DNA of 52,057 bases, from the NCBI GenBank assembly GCA_041492985.1, contig JBGPXY010000001.1, positions 1 to 52,057 of the forward strand, in the 5' to 3' direction. Both the position numbers and the translations under genes were made by a program. Below the pieces are notes generated by a model. It ran no database searches. It worked only from the letters and a program-made list of their open reading frames with translations, and had not been told where the DNA came from. Below are positions 14,192 through 25,952 of the stretch, piece by piece; the stretch's first letter is position 1, and every line of letters begins with the position of its first letter. The DNA comes from Candidatus Eiseniibacteriota bacterium (lineage in GTDB: Bacteria > Eisenbacteria > RBG-16-71-46).

Positions 14192-15514
14192 TCAGAACCC
14201 GATGATGACGCCGAGCGTGCCTCCCTCGTTCGTGAATTTGCCCCCCGGCTCCTTCACCCATGAGCTGGCGAGGAACGACTTGACGTTGGCACGGGCGAGG
14301 CCGTTGACGGTCAAGGACACCCGGTCGGTCTGCTCGTCGGTGATCTTGAACGACTCCCACCGCCCGGCCGGGATCAGCCACGGATATGCCACCCAGGACA
14401 GTTCCGCGAACTGGCTCTTGATCGAGACGTCGACGATCGTCGGATCGGCCACGAACAGCCGGTCGTCCTTGCGGTCCGTATACCCAGCGCGGGCCATCAC
14501 GTCGTGGTAGTTCACGGCCACGTCACCCCCGGCCATCCGAAATGGATCCTGTGAGTTGGGATCCAGCGGATCTCCTCCCTCGAGCAGGCCCTTGCCCTTG
14601 TAAATGAAGCCGGAGAGCGAGAGGGAGGTTTCGCTCCAGGGCTGCGGGTTGGCGGGCAGCGCCGCCTCGGCGGCGCCGCTGGGAGCTCCGTCGAACGGCA
14701 GCCCCCCGAACTTGTAGGCCAGGCGGGCGTACACATCCTTCGAATGGTCGCCCAGGCTTCCCGACCCCTCGACCAGACCGGCGTTGTAGAGGACGCGGTG
14801 CTGGAGCATCCCGTAGGCCTCGAGGCCCTGCTGGAAGCCGTCCGGGGCCCAGGGGTTGTCGCCGACGGGCTGTGTTAGGACCAGCGGTTCCTGGTTCAGG
14901 ATGGAGCGATGCGAGGACACCAGCATGATCCCCGGTTCGAAAGAGCCGACCTTGAACTGCAGCGCGGGCGAATCGAGAGGGCGTACCAGGAGGTTGACCC
15001 GCTCCATCTCGGTGGCGATCTCGCCCCCGTCGCGGGCAAACACAACCGATCCCCAGAAGGAGAAATGCTCGTCGAGGGTCCCGGCGCCCAGAATCTCGAG
15101 CTCGCCGCCCATGCCGCCGAAGGTGACGGTCTTGGTCGTGGGATCGTAGTCGACCGTGCTCGTATAGAGGACGGCGACGGGCGGCATTCCGGGGATCTCT
15201 CCCGGCCATACCGCGTGCGGCCAGAGCTTCTTGTAGCCTTCCGCGCCCAGAGAGACGGGCGGGATCTTGGTCATCGCCGCATCGTTGCCGGCCGGGAACC
15301 GATAGCCGTTCTGCCGGAACGCTTCACCGAAGGGAGTCAGGGCGGGGATCGCAACGTGGCAGGTTTGACAGCTCGTCTGGTATTTCCGCGCGAATGCCGG
15401 AATCGTATAGGCGTTCCGCGGCGCGAGGAGCGCCGCCGAAAACAGCACGATCAACGCGAGCGCGAACACCGTGCGCACGTCGAAAACCACCCGCTTCGAT
15501 CCTTCTCGTGACAT
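14192..15514 (-). CDS. Outer-membrane beta-barrel-like protein with an N-terminal single c-heme motif (fused cytochrome-porin architecture, Cyc2-like in organisation)
   Basis: RBS GAGGAGGGG. Has an N-terminal hydrophobic signal and one CxxCH (FARKYQTSCQTCH) about 50 aa in. About 380 aa of alternating beta-strand-like sequence follow. The C-terminus is ...GVIIGF, and a terminal Phe is the OMP beta-signal. Confidence 0.65.
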   Translation of the reverse strand: MSREGSKRVVFDVRTVFALALIVLFSAALLAPRNAYTIPAFARKYQTSCQTCHVAIPALTPFGEAFRQNGYRFPAGNDAAMTKIPPVSLGAEGYKKLWPHAVWPGEIPGMPPVAVLYTSTVDYDPTTKTVTFGGMGGELEILGAGTLDEHFSFWGSVVFARDGGEIATEMERVNLLVRPLDSPALQFKVGSFEPGIMLVSSHRSILNQEPLVLTQPVGDNPWAPDGFQQGLEAYGMLQHRVLYNAGLVEGSGSLGDHSKDVYARLAYKFGGLPFDGAPSGAAEAALPANPQPWSETSLSLSGFIYKGKGLLEGGDPLDPNSQDPFRMAGGDVAVNYHDVMARAGYTDRKDDRLFVADPTIVDVSIKSQFAELSWVAYPWLIPAGRWESFKITDEQTDRVSLTVNGLARANVKSFLASSWVKEPGGKFTNEGGTLGVIIGF

Positions 15515-15553
15515 AGCCCCTCCTCGTTTCAGTGGGACAATCGAACGAGGACG

Positions 15554-15582
15554 AGCCTAGAAGGACGCCGCGGGCGTCACAA
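15554..15582 (-). promoter_or_regulatory. Candidate sigma70-type promoter of the respiratory operon
   Basis: The minus strand reads TTGTGA-N17-TAGGCT, about 40 nt upstream of the ATG at 15514, in a locally AT-richer stretch. Confidence 0.3.
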
Positions 15583-15604
15583 TCAGCGGAATGAATCATT
15601 TCTT

Positions 15605-15622
15605 CTGATGCAGATGCATCAG
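15605..15622. promoter_or_regulatory. 18-bp palindrome CTGATGCA-GA-TGCATCAG, a candidate HTH-dimer (LuxR-type) operator or the terminator of the regulator gene
   Basis: The half-sites are perfect 8-bp inverted repeats, flanked by ATCAT/ATGAT. This is the most AT-rich patch of the region. It is centred about 35 nt upstream of the putative -35 and lies 30 nt downstream of the PAS-LuxR stop. Confidence 0.35.
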
Positions 15623-15651
15623 ATGATCGCCCAGTCGGGGAAGGGGGCAGG

Positions 15652-16302
15652 CTAGAGGAGATGTGTGCGGAGCGCCAGCGAGACCGCTTCGAGCTTGCTG
15701 TGAACGTCGAGCTTGCGGAGGATGTTCTGGACGTGGTTGCGCGTCGTGGCGACACTGATGAAAAGTGAGTCGGCGATGCCCTGAGTGCTGGCGCCCTCAG
15801 CCAGGAGCCGCAGGATCTGGATCTCTCGCGAGGTCAGGGCCGGGGATGTCGCCGACGGCGCATCACCGGTCACGGGTCGGGACACCGGCGGCGTGGGCTG
15901 ATCGGTCAGGATCCGACGGATCAGCGCGCTGGCCTCGCGCTGGCGGTCGACTTTCGCGAGGAAGTGGACGAGCGTGTACTGGCGTGGGCGCGGCCCCGGC
16001 AACACCACGATCGAGAAGTGGGCCGGTATGAGCTCGCCCGACTCGGTACGGACGTCGAGTTCGAAGCGCCGCGCCGTTTCGTGCCGTTCGACCATGAACG
16101 TCAGGGAGCACTGGCGGTCGCAGAAGCGGTTGCCAAAGACATCACGACCACAGATGATCTCGTGGCAGGACTTGCCGAGCACCTGGGAGGCGTGGTAGCC
16201 GAGCAACTCCTGGGCACCCTTGTTCCAGATGGCGATGCGCCCCTTCTCGTCAGTCGCAAAAGCGGCGCCGCCAGCGCGGGCGACCACATCCAGTGGGTCC
16301 AC
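15652..16302 (-). CDS. PAS-domain LuxR/GerE-family transcriptional regulator
   Basis: 216 aa with a GTG start. N-terminal PAS (GRIAIWNKGAQELLGY...) carries a Cys cluster CHEIIC...C..QC. The C-terminus has LTSREIQILRLLAEGASTQGIADSLFISVATTRNHVQNILRKL. Confidence 0.85.
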   Translation of the reverse strand: MDPLDVVARAGGAAFATDEKGRIAIWNKGAQELLGYHASQVLGKSCHEIICGRDVFGNRFCDRQCSLTFMVERHETARRFELDVRTESGELIPAHFSIVVLPGPRPRQYTLVHFLAKVDRQREASALIRRILTDQPTPPVSRPVTGDAPSATSPALTSREIQILRLLAEGASTQGIADSLFISVATTRNHVQNILRKLDVHSKLEAVSLALRTHLL

Positions 16303-16507
16303 GGTCAGCTCGCCCTCTCACCTCTGCGTTCGAATGAGTCTCCCGCTGCGGTTCGCCCAGCGGTAGCGCGCACCAGAGCCGATCGTCCCACATCGTCCCG
16401 CGAGACGACAGCGGGATCGTTGGGCCCGGGCCCGTCGGGGAGCGCATGCGCTCGTCCTCTGAGCCAAGGCGCCGCAGACAGACTTGACTCCATCCTAGTC
16501 CCCCCAC

Positions 16508-16694
16508 TTGCTACAATTTGCTACCGTCTCAACTTCCTCATGAGTCCTCTCGTGTCCCTTCGTGTCCCCTCGAAGGATATCTCCCCAGCGAAGGCAACTC
16601 GCTGGGGCGATTGGGCTATCGGTCTGGGGCGATATCGCTCGCGGGCTCGGCGTTGAAGAAAATCGCGCCGAAATTTGCAGACCCTCGCCTTACC
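16508..16694 (+). repeat. Intergenic module, full-length copy C, ending in a 21-nt tRNA-Cys fragment
   Basis: Collinear with 6741-6941. Decamers at 16508-16527 and 16551-16570. Hairpin 1 at 16583-16607, hairpin 2 at 16647-16671, and TTTGCAGACCCTCGCCTTACC at 16674-16694. Confidence 0.7.
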
Positions 16695-16830
16695 TGTGGC
16701 GAATACGCAGATCAGCGCCTTGCGGAACCATGGCCTGCGTCACCAGGAATGCCCGATCATGGCTCCGAGGGTGCCACCCTCTGGGGACGGGATGCCGGCT
16801 ACGCCCGCGCCAGCCTTGGGAGCAAGCGAA

Positions 16831-18014
16831 TCAGACCTCCATCACCGCGGCCGTAATGACGTTGATGAACAGGTCTCCACCCCAGTGCGGTGACCCCACC
16901 CTCGCCCCTTGGTAGCTTTGAACCGAGAAATAGCACCCGACGATCTCATGAACCGGGTCCACCCATAAGGACATGCCGCCGGAGCCGCCATGGCAGAACG
17001 AGGCTGGCGAGTAAAGCGATCCGTCTCGCAGACCTCTCTTGGTCCCATGGATGTCCCAACCGAGACCCCACCCCGCCTCGGGGAACAGCTCGTCGCCGTC
17101 CCTTGCCGGGATCCCGGGAATCTGGTTTCGCGTCATCTCGGTAACGGACGCAGGGCTCAAGATCCTGACATCGCCGCGGCAGCCGCGATCGAGAAACATC
17201 TGGGCGAAGATCGCCATATCCATCGCAGTCGAGTACGCGGCGCCGTTGGCCCAGGGGGTGTGCTGAAATGTCGGGGTTTCGAGCCCGGGCTCTGAACCGA
17301 GGCTCACGGCCCACCCCGCCTCCATCCGGCGACGCACCAGTCGGGATCGCGAAGACTCGCGTACGCCGAATGACGTGTCGATCATGCGCAGTGGCTCAAA
17401 GATTCTCTTCGCTGCGAACTCCGACACGGATTGCCCGCTCACCCGGCGCACGATCTCGCCCAGCAGGCGATAGCCATAGTCGCAGTAGGACATCTCTACA
17501 CCCGGCGGCTTCGACAATGGCGCCTGATAGCGCAACCCCAACCACTCGTGCATGTAGGGGGGCTGGTCGCCCACGGGGGGAGGAGCGGCGAGCGTGCCGC
17601 GATTCTGCTTCACATACGTTTCGAGCTGCTCATCGTTGAACCCCGAGGTGTGCGTCAGGAGATGGTGGACCATGACGGAGCTCTTGCCTTCGCCCTGGAA
17701 CTCCGGGATGTATTCGGCCACCGGTCGGTTGAGTCCCAGCAACCCGTCTTCCACCAGAATCATGACCGCGGTGGCCGCAATCGGCTTGGTGATGGAAGCC
17801 AGGGGGAAGATCGTGTCCCTCTCGACCCGTGGAGCACCGGGCTCGGGCGTCAGGTGCCCGTGTGCCTCGTGAAGGACAACGATGCCGCGTCGCGCGGCAA
17901 GAACCACCAGCGCTGGCGTGCGCTCTTGCGCTACCAGTCGCGCCGCCAGATCTGCGGCGACACGCACGCGATCGGGCGACATCCCGACCTCTTCGGGGGT
18001 TCCCGTGCGCAGGC

Positions 18015-18018
<4 letters not shown>
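16831..18018 (-). CDS. Serine hydrolase, beta-lactamase/transpeptidase-like fold (class C / EstB-like)
   Basis: 395 aa with the SxxK motif ASITKP. The TTG start overlaps the kinase stop as TTGA. The N-terminus MSLRTGTPEEVGMSPDRVR parallels the paralog MKLRDGDPEEAGMSAERIR. Confidence 0.85.
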
Positions 18019-21662
<3,644 letters not shown>

Positions 21663-21896
21663 CCCTGAACCTCCTGCACCAGCCGGCGTTCTTCAGGATC
21701 CGACGCGCGATGCGACGAGGCTCGCACATGGAGCGGGACGTCGCAATGCGAGACACCGACACGCGCTGGTGCCGATGCCGGTGGGCGCTGGGGCATCGGA
21801 CCGGAGCCCGGCGCTGCGTTCGGAGTCGGGGAACGGAGCATTCGCCACTCGGGCGGGTCCCCGCTACGCTACGATCGTCTGACGCGGAGGTGGCTG

Positions 21897-23078
21897 ATGA
21901 AGCTGCGCGATGGCGATCCGGAAGAAGCTGGGATGTCCGCGGAGCGGATCCGTCGACTGAGCGGGCTTGCGAAAGGCTGGGTGGATCAGGGAATGACACC
22001 TTCCCTGGTCGTTCTCGTCGCCCGAAAGGGCGTTGTCGTTCTCCACGAAGCGTTCGGCAAGCTGACTCCCGAGCCGGGCGCGCCGCCGCTTCCGAAGGAT
22101 GCGATCTACCCGATCGCCTCGATCAGCAAGCTGTTCACCGCGACGGCGGCCATGATTCTCGTCGACGACGGCCTGCTCGGGTTGCATCGGCCAGTCCAGG
22201 AGTACATGCCCGAGTTTGTGGGCCAAGGCAAGGACGCGGTCATGGTCCACCACCTGCTCACCCATACGTCGGGTTTGCGGGGCGAAGACCTGGATGAGCT
22301 CGTTCGGCGCAAGCTCGGCTCTGGCGAGATCCAGCCTTCTCCAGATGCAGTTCATCCCGGGCTCAACGAGTTCCCAGCGCTTCAGTATTTCTCCCAGACG
22401 CACGATGCTCCGCTCAGCTACCGACCGGGTGCCGAGATGTCGTATTGCGGCTATGGCTACCGACTGCTTGCCGAGATCATCGCGCGAGTGAGCGGAAGCA
22501 GCCTTGCCGAATTCGCGCAGGCGCGAATCCTCGGTCCACTCGGATTGGGCGATACCTTCTACGGTCTGCCAGACGGCCGGCGGGCTCGGCAGGTGCGCCG
22601 CGGACCCGAGGCTCCTCTTGCGCTTCTCGATGATCCCACCACCGCGCCATGCTTTGCCGGGATGGCCGGCATGTTCTCGACCGCTCGCGACCTCGCGGCG
22701 TTCGGGCGGATGATCTTGAATCGGGGCCAGTACGGTGCGGCGAGGATCGTCAGCGCCGCGTCAGTCGCCGAGATGACTCGAAACCAGGTTCCGGGCGTCC
22801 CCGGATCCTACCGGGGAGAGGTATTCCCGGAATCGTCCTGGGGGCTTGGCTGGGACGTCCACGGCACCAAGCGGAGCCTCCGGGAGGCATCGCTCTTCTC
22901 ACCCCGAGCGGTGAGAATGGGCGGCGGTGGCGGCACCAACTTCTGGGTCGATCCGGAGCATGAGCTGGTCGGCGCCTACTTGTCGGTCCAGGTGCATCCG
23001 GGGAGCAAGGAATCCTCTCCCGGGTGGCGGGCGGACGTGTTCGTCGACGCCGCGACGGCGGCGATCGTCGAGCCATGA
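21897..23078 (+). CDS. Serine hydrolase, beta-lactamase-like fold (paralog of 16831..18018)
   Basis: 393 aa with the SxxK motif ASISKL. It is collinear with the other copy along its whole length by eye. Transcribed divergently from the kinase gene. Confidence 0.85.
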   Translation: MKLRDGDPEEAGMSAERIRRLSGLAKGWVDQGMTPSLVVLVARKGVVVLHEAFGKLTPEPGAPPLPKDAIYPIASISKLFTATAAMILVDDGLLGLHRPVQEYMPEFVGQGKDAVMVHHLLTHTSGLRGEDLDELVRRKLGSGEIQPSPDAVHPGLNEFPALQYFSQTHDAPLSYRPGAEMSYCGYGYRLLAEIIARVSGSSLAEFAQARILGPLGLGDTFYGLPDGRRARQVRRGPEAPLALLDDPTTAPCFAGMAGMFSTARDLAAFGRMILNRGQYGAARIVSAASVAEMTRNQVPGVPGSYRGEVFPESSWGLGWDVHGTKRSLREASLFSPRAVRMGGGGGTNFWVDPEHELVGAYLSVQVHPGSKESSPGWRADVFVDAATAAIVEP

Positions 23079-23311
23079 ATCCTCAGCCAGCGCGACTACC
23101 GCCCCGGCCCACCCACGCGCAGGCCAACACATGCCGCGTCGTTTGAACGTGGAACCGTTCGACGCCTGAGCGTTTGCGCGCCATTCGCGTGCGGCGGCGC
23201 CGGCGTTCGCGACCCGATCCCGCGCAATGGCCGCGAGGAACCCATAAACGCCGGCGGACCTCGCCCGACAGGGAGTGTGGCAGTCCCCGCACCCTTTCGT
23301 GGAGGCTCGTC

Positions 23312-25720
23312 ATGCGTCGCACCCGTATTGCCGCCGTGGTTCTGCTCGCCACCTTGGCCGCCGTCGCCAGCGCTCGATACGCCCGCGCCGACGATGCGGC
23401 GGGCTCGTTCTCCGCCACCAACAATCCGTTCGGCCGCTGGAGCTACGGCTACACGAGCGACCGCGGCGGCACTTTCACGCTGTTCGACACGCACGCCCCG
23501 GACGGGGCGGGGCTCGACGTGTGGAAGAAGGTCGGGACGCAGGCGCAGGTCGCCCACAACGGGACGGGCGCACCCAAGCTGGTCGGCGGCACGGTGTACA
23601 CGCTGAACGGCGGGCTGAATCTGACGCCGGGCGCCAACTCCGAGTGGTCTGTCGCGCGGTGGACGGCGGCCGCGGCGGGGAGCTATGCCATCAACGCTCA
23701 CTTCTTCCCCCGGGCGCTGGCCAACGCGAGCGGAGGCGCCGCCGAAGTGGCGGTGCTGCTCAACGGCGCGGTCGTGTTCGATCGGTGGATCCAGTTTCAG
23801 CTCGGGATCAGCACCGCATCCCTCGCGACCACGCTGCCCCTGAACCCGGGAGACAAGCTCGACTTCACGGTCGGCAACGCGGGTGACGGGAACAATCTCG
23901 ACGTGATCGGGCTCGACGCCACCGTGAACGCGATCGCTCCCGACCCGGGACCGGCGGGGCTCGTCTTCTCGTTCGGAGGCCAGCGTTACGTCGGTTGCAA
24001 ATGGGGCTCGTGCTTCGAGTCGATCGCGTTCGATCCGGTCAACCGCCGGCTCGCCTCGAAGAACTTCATCCGCGACCTGTGCGGCAACCAGGTTTCGGCC
24101 GGACCCGACGAGCAGCCGGGCCTGTCGTGGGACTCGAAGACCGGGACGTACTGGCAGGTCACGAATGACCGCACCATTCGGCGCTGGAGCAGCGCGGGCG
24201 TGCTGGTGGACACCGTGTTCACGATCCCGCTCACCTTCACGGTGCCGACCACCGGACCGGACACGCTGGAGGCGGTGAAAGGGATCGCGACCGATTCCAG
24301 CTTCGTCTACCTGGTGGACGCGGGCCCGGTGCCCGGCGCCATCCCGTCGTGCGAGTGGTTCAAGTTCAGCCGTACCGGCACGCCGGTGAAGTCGTCGAAG
24401 GGCACGAACTTCAATGCCAACCTCGGGCCTGGTCCCGACGCGACGGTGGACGACATCTGCTACGTGCCGTTCTCGTCACCGGTGCTGCCGGGCCGGCTGG
24501 TGGTCGCGATCGAGCACACCGGGCTGCAGGTGATCGACACCAATGGCAACTTCGTCTCGAGCTTCCGCTGGACCGATCAGGGATACGCGACCCGACCGCT
24601 CGCCGCACTCGCCGGTCTCGCGATCGATCCTCTGACGGGCAACTTCTATCTCGGCGACAACGACAAAGGCGCTGCGCTGGTGTTCACGCGCATCGTGCCT
24701 CAAGGCGCGGCCTCGTATACCGTCGGTGGCATCGACGGTTCGGGCGCGCTCGGGGCGGACCTCAAGAACCCGACTCCGGGTTGCGATCTTCCGCTGTGGT
24801 CGCCGTATGGGGTGCCGGCGAACAGCAGCGGCAACTTCTTCGGTCTCGCCTATCGGACCGTTGACCGATCCGCCTACACGCTGGACTTCGGCACCCCGGC
24901 CGATCTGTGGCGCTTCGATCCGCGCATCGGCTCCGGAGCGCGCGTCGGGCCGACCGGCATCGACGGCTCGTGGAGCCTCGCCTACGACAGCGAGCGCGAC
25001 GTGCTCTACGGTGCTGTCGGATTCCCCGCCTCACGGGTCGTGACCATCGACCCGGCGAGCGGTAGCACCGTTTCGCTGCCAAATCCATCCGGGTACTCGT
25101 TCGGGTCCAGCACCGACCTGGCCTGGAACTCGATCGACAAGAAGCTCTACGCGGTCGACGCCTCGGTGAGCCCTCGCCACCTGCTCCGCATCGATCGCGA
25201 CACGGGTATCGGCGTGGTGGTGGGCAACACGACCGCGCGCAACGGCGGGCTCGATTTCGACGCCTCGACCGGGAAGCTCCAGGCCTACGACGGGACGACC
25301 GGCAACCTGGTTTCGATCGATCCCGCGACCGGAACTACCACCCCCCTGAACACGCTGCAGCGACAGGCAGGCTTCGAGGGCCTGGCGGTGGTGCCGGTCC
25401 CCTCAGCCCCGGCCGTCGCCGTGTTCGAGCTGCCTCCGCCAACGATGTCGGAGGCCATGGTCGCGGTCCCCAACCCGACCTCCGGCGCCACGCGCCTCGA
25501 CTTCTCGCTGCCGGCGGCCGAGACCGTGACGATCGGCGTCTACGACGTCGCGGGCCGGCGCGTCCGCGAAGTGGCATCGGGCCGTTATGAGGCGGGGCCG
25601 CATCGGGTGAGCTGGGATGGTCGCGACGGCGACGGCCGTCCGGCGCCGAGCGGGGTCTACTTCGCGCGAGTTGACATGGGCACGCGGACCCGCGTCGCGC
25701 GCCTGGTCGTCTCTCGGTGA
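23312..25720 (+). CDS. Secreted repeat/beta-propeller-like protein with FlgD-Ig/T9SS-type C-terminal sorting domain
   Basis: RBS GGAGG. Signal peptide MRRTRIAAVVLLATLAAVASARYARA. The C-terminal 80 aa are PNPTSGATRLDFSLPAAETVTIGVYDVAGRRVREV...SGVYFARVDMGTRTRVARLVVSR. Confidence 0.75.
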   Translation: MRRTRIAAVVLLATLAAVASARYARADDAAGSFSATNNPFGRWSYGYTSDRGGTFTLFDTHAPDGAGLDVWKKVGTQAQVAHNGTGAPKLVGGTVYTLNGGLNLTPGANSEWSVARWTAAAAGSYAINAHFFPRALANASGGAAEVAVLLNGAVVFDRWIQFQLGISTASLATTLPLNPGDKLDFTVGNAGDGNNLDVIGLDATVNAIAPDPGPAGLVFSFGGQRYVGCKWGSCFESIAFDPVNRRLASKNFIRDLCGNQVSAGPDEQPGLSWDSKTGTYWQVTNDRTIRRWSSAGVLVDTVFTIPLTFTVPTTGPDTLEAVKGIATDSSFVYLVDAGPVPGAIPSCEWFKFSRTGTPVKSSKGTNFNANLGPGPDATVDDICYVPFSSPVLPGRLVVAIEHTGLQVIDTNGNFVSSFRWTDQGYATRPLAALAGLAIDPLTGNFYLGDNDKGAALVFTRIVPQGAASYTVGGIDGSGALGADLKNPTPGCDLPLWSPYGVPANSSGNFFGLAYRTVDRSAYTLDFGTPADLWRFDPRIGSGARVGPTGIDGSWSLAYDSERDVLYGAVGFPASRVVTIDPASGSTVSLPNPSGYSFGSSTDLAWNSIDKKLYAVDASVSPRHLLRIDRDTGIGVVVGNTTARNGGLDFDASTGKLQAYDGTTGNLVSIDPATGTTTPLNTLQRQAGFEGLAVVPVPSAPAVAVFELPPPTMSEAMVAVPNPTSGATRLDFSLPAAETVTIGVYDVAGRRVREVASGRYEAGPHRVSWDGRDGDGRPAPSGVYFARVDMGTRTRVARLVVSR

Positions 25721-25952
25721 TGTGGAACGACCCAGGGCCAAGGCACTGACTCACTCCGGGGAGTCACCCTCTGGGTGGCTGAGGGTCTTGCGGTGCGATT
25801 GACCGGGTACGCGCAGGCGACGCTGCGCCTGGAAATCGACGAGCCGGAGTCGGATCAGGCGCCGACCGCGCGGGCGCCCGTTCGCGCCATCACTGTCTTG
25901 CAGGGCAGGGAGCCATGGCGCACTTCTGGGCGCGAAAACAGAGGGGCGATCG

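Noticed and set aside
16674-16694. T-box-type riboswitch reading tRNA-Cys, because the plus strand contains the UGC codon complementary to the anticodon
   Set aside because: The complementarity arises simply because this is a 17-40-nt antisense copy of the tRNA. There is no T-box consensus (AGAGA/GNUGGNA discriminator) and no downstream aminoacyl-tRNA-related gene on that strand.
21770-21815. Possible sixth, degenerate module copy in the kinase/hydrolase divergent region (GCGCTGGGGCATCGGACCGGAGC resembles GCTGGGGCGATTGGCTATTGGTCCGGAGC)
   Set aside because: The similarity is limited to about 20 nt. The local hairpin is a different one (CCGATGCC...GGCATCGG). There are no decamers and no tRNA-like piece. 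This is too weak to call without a statistical search.
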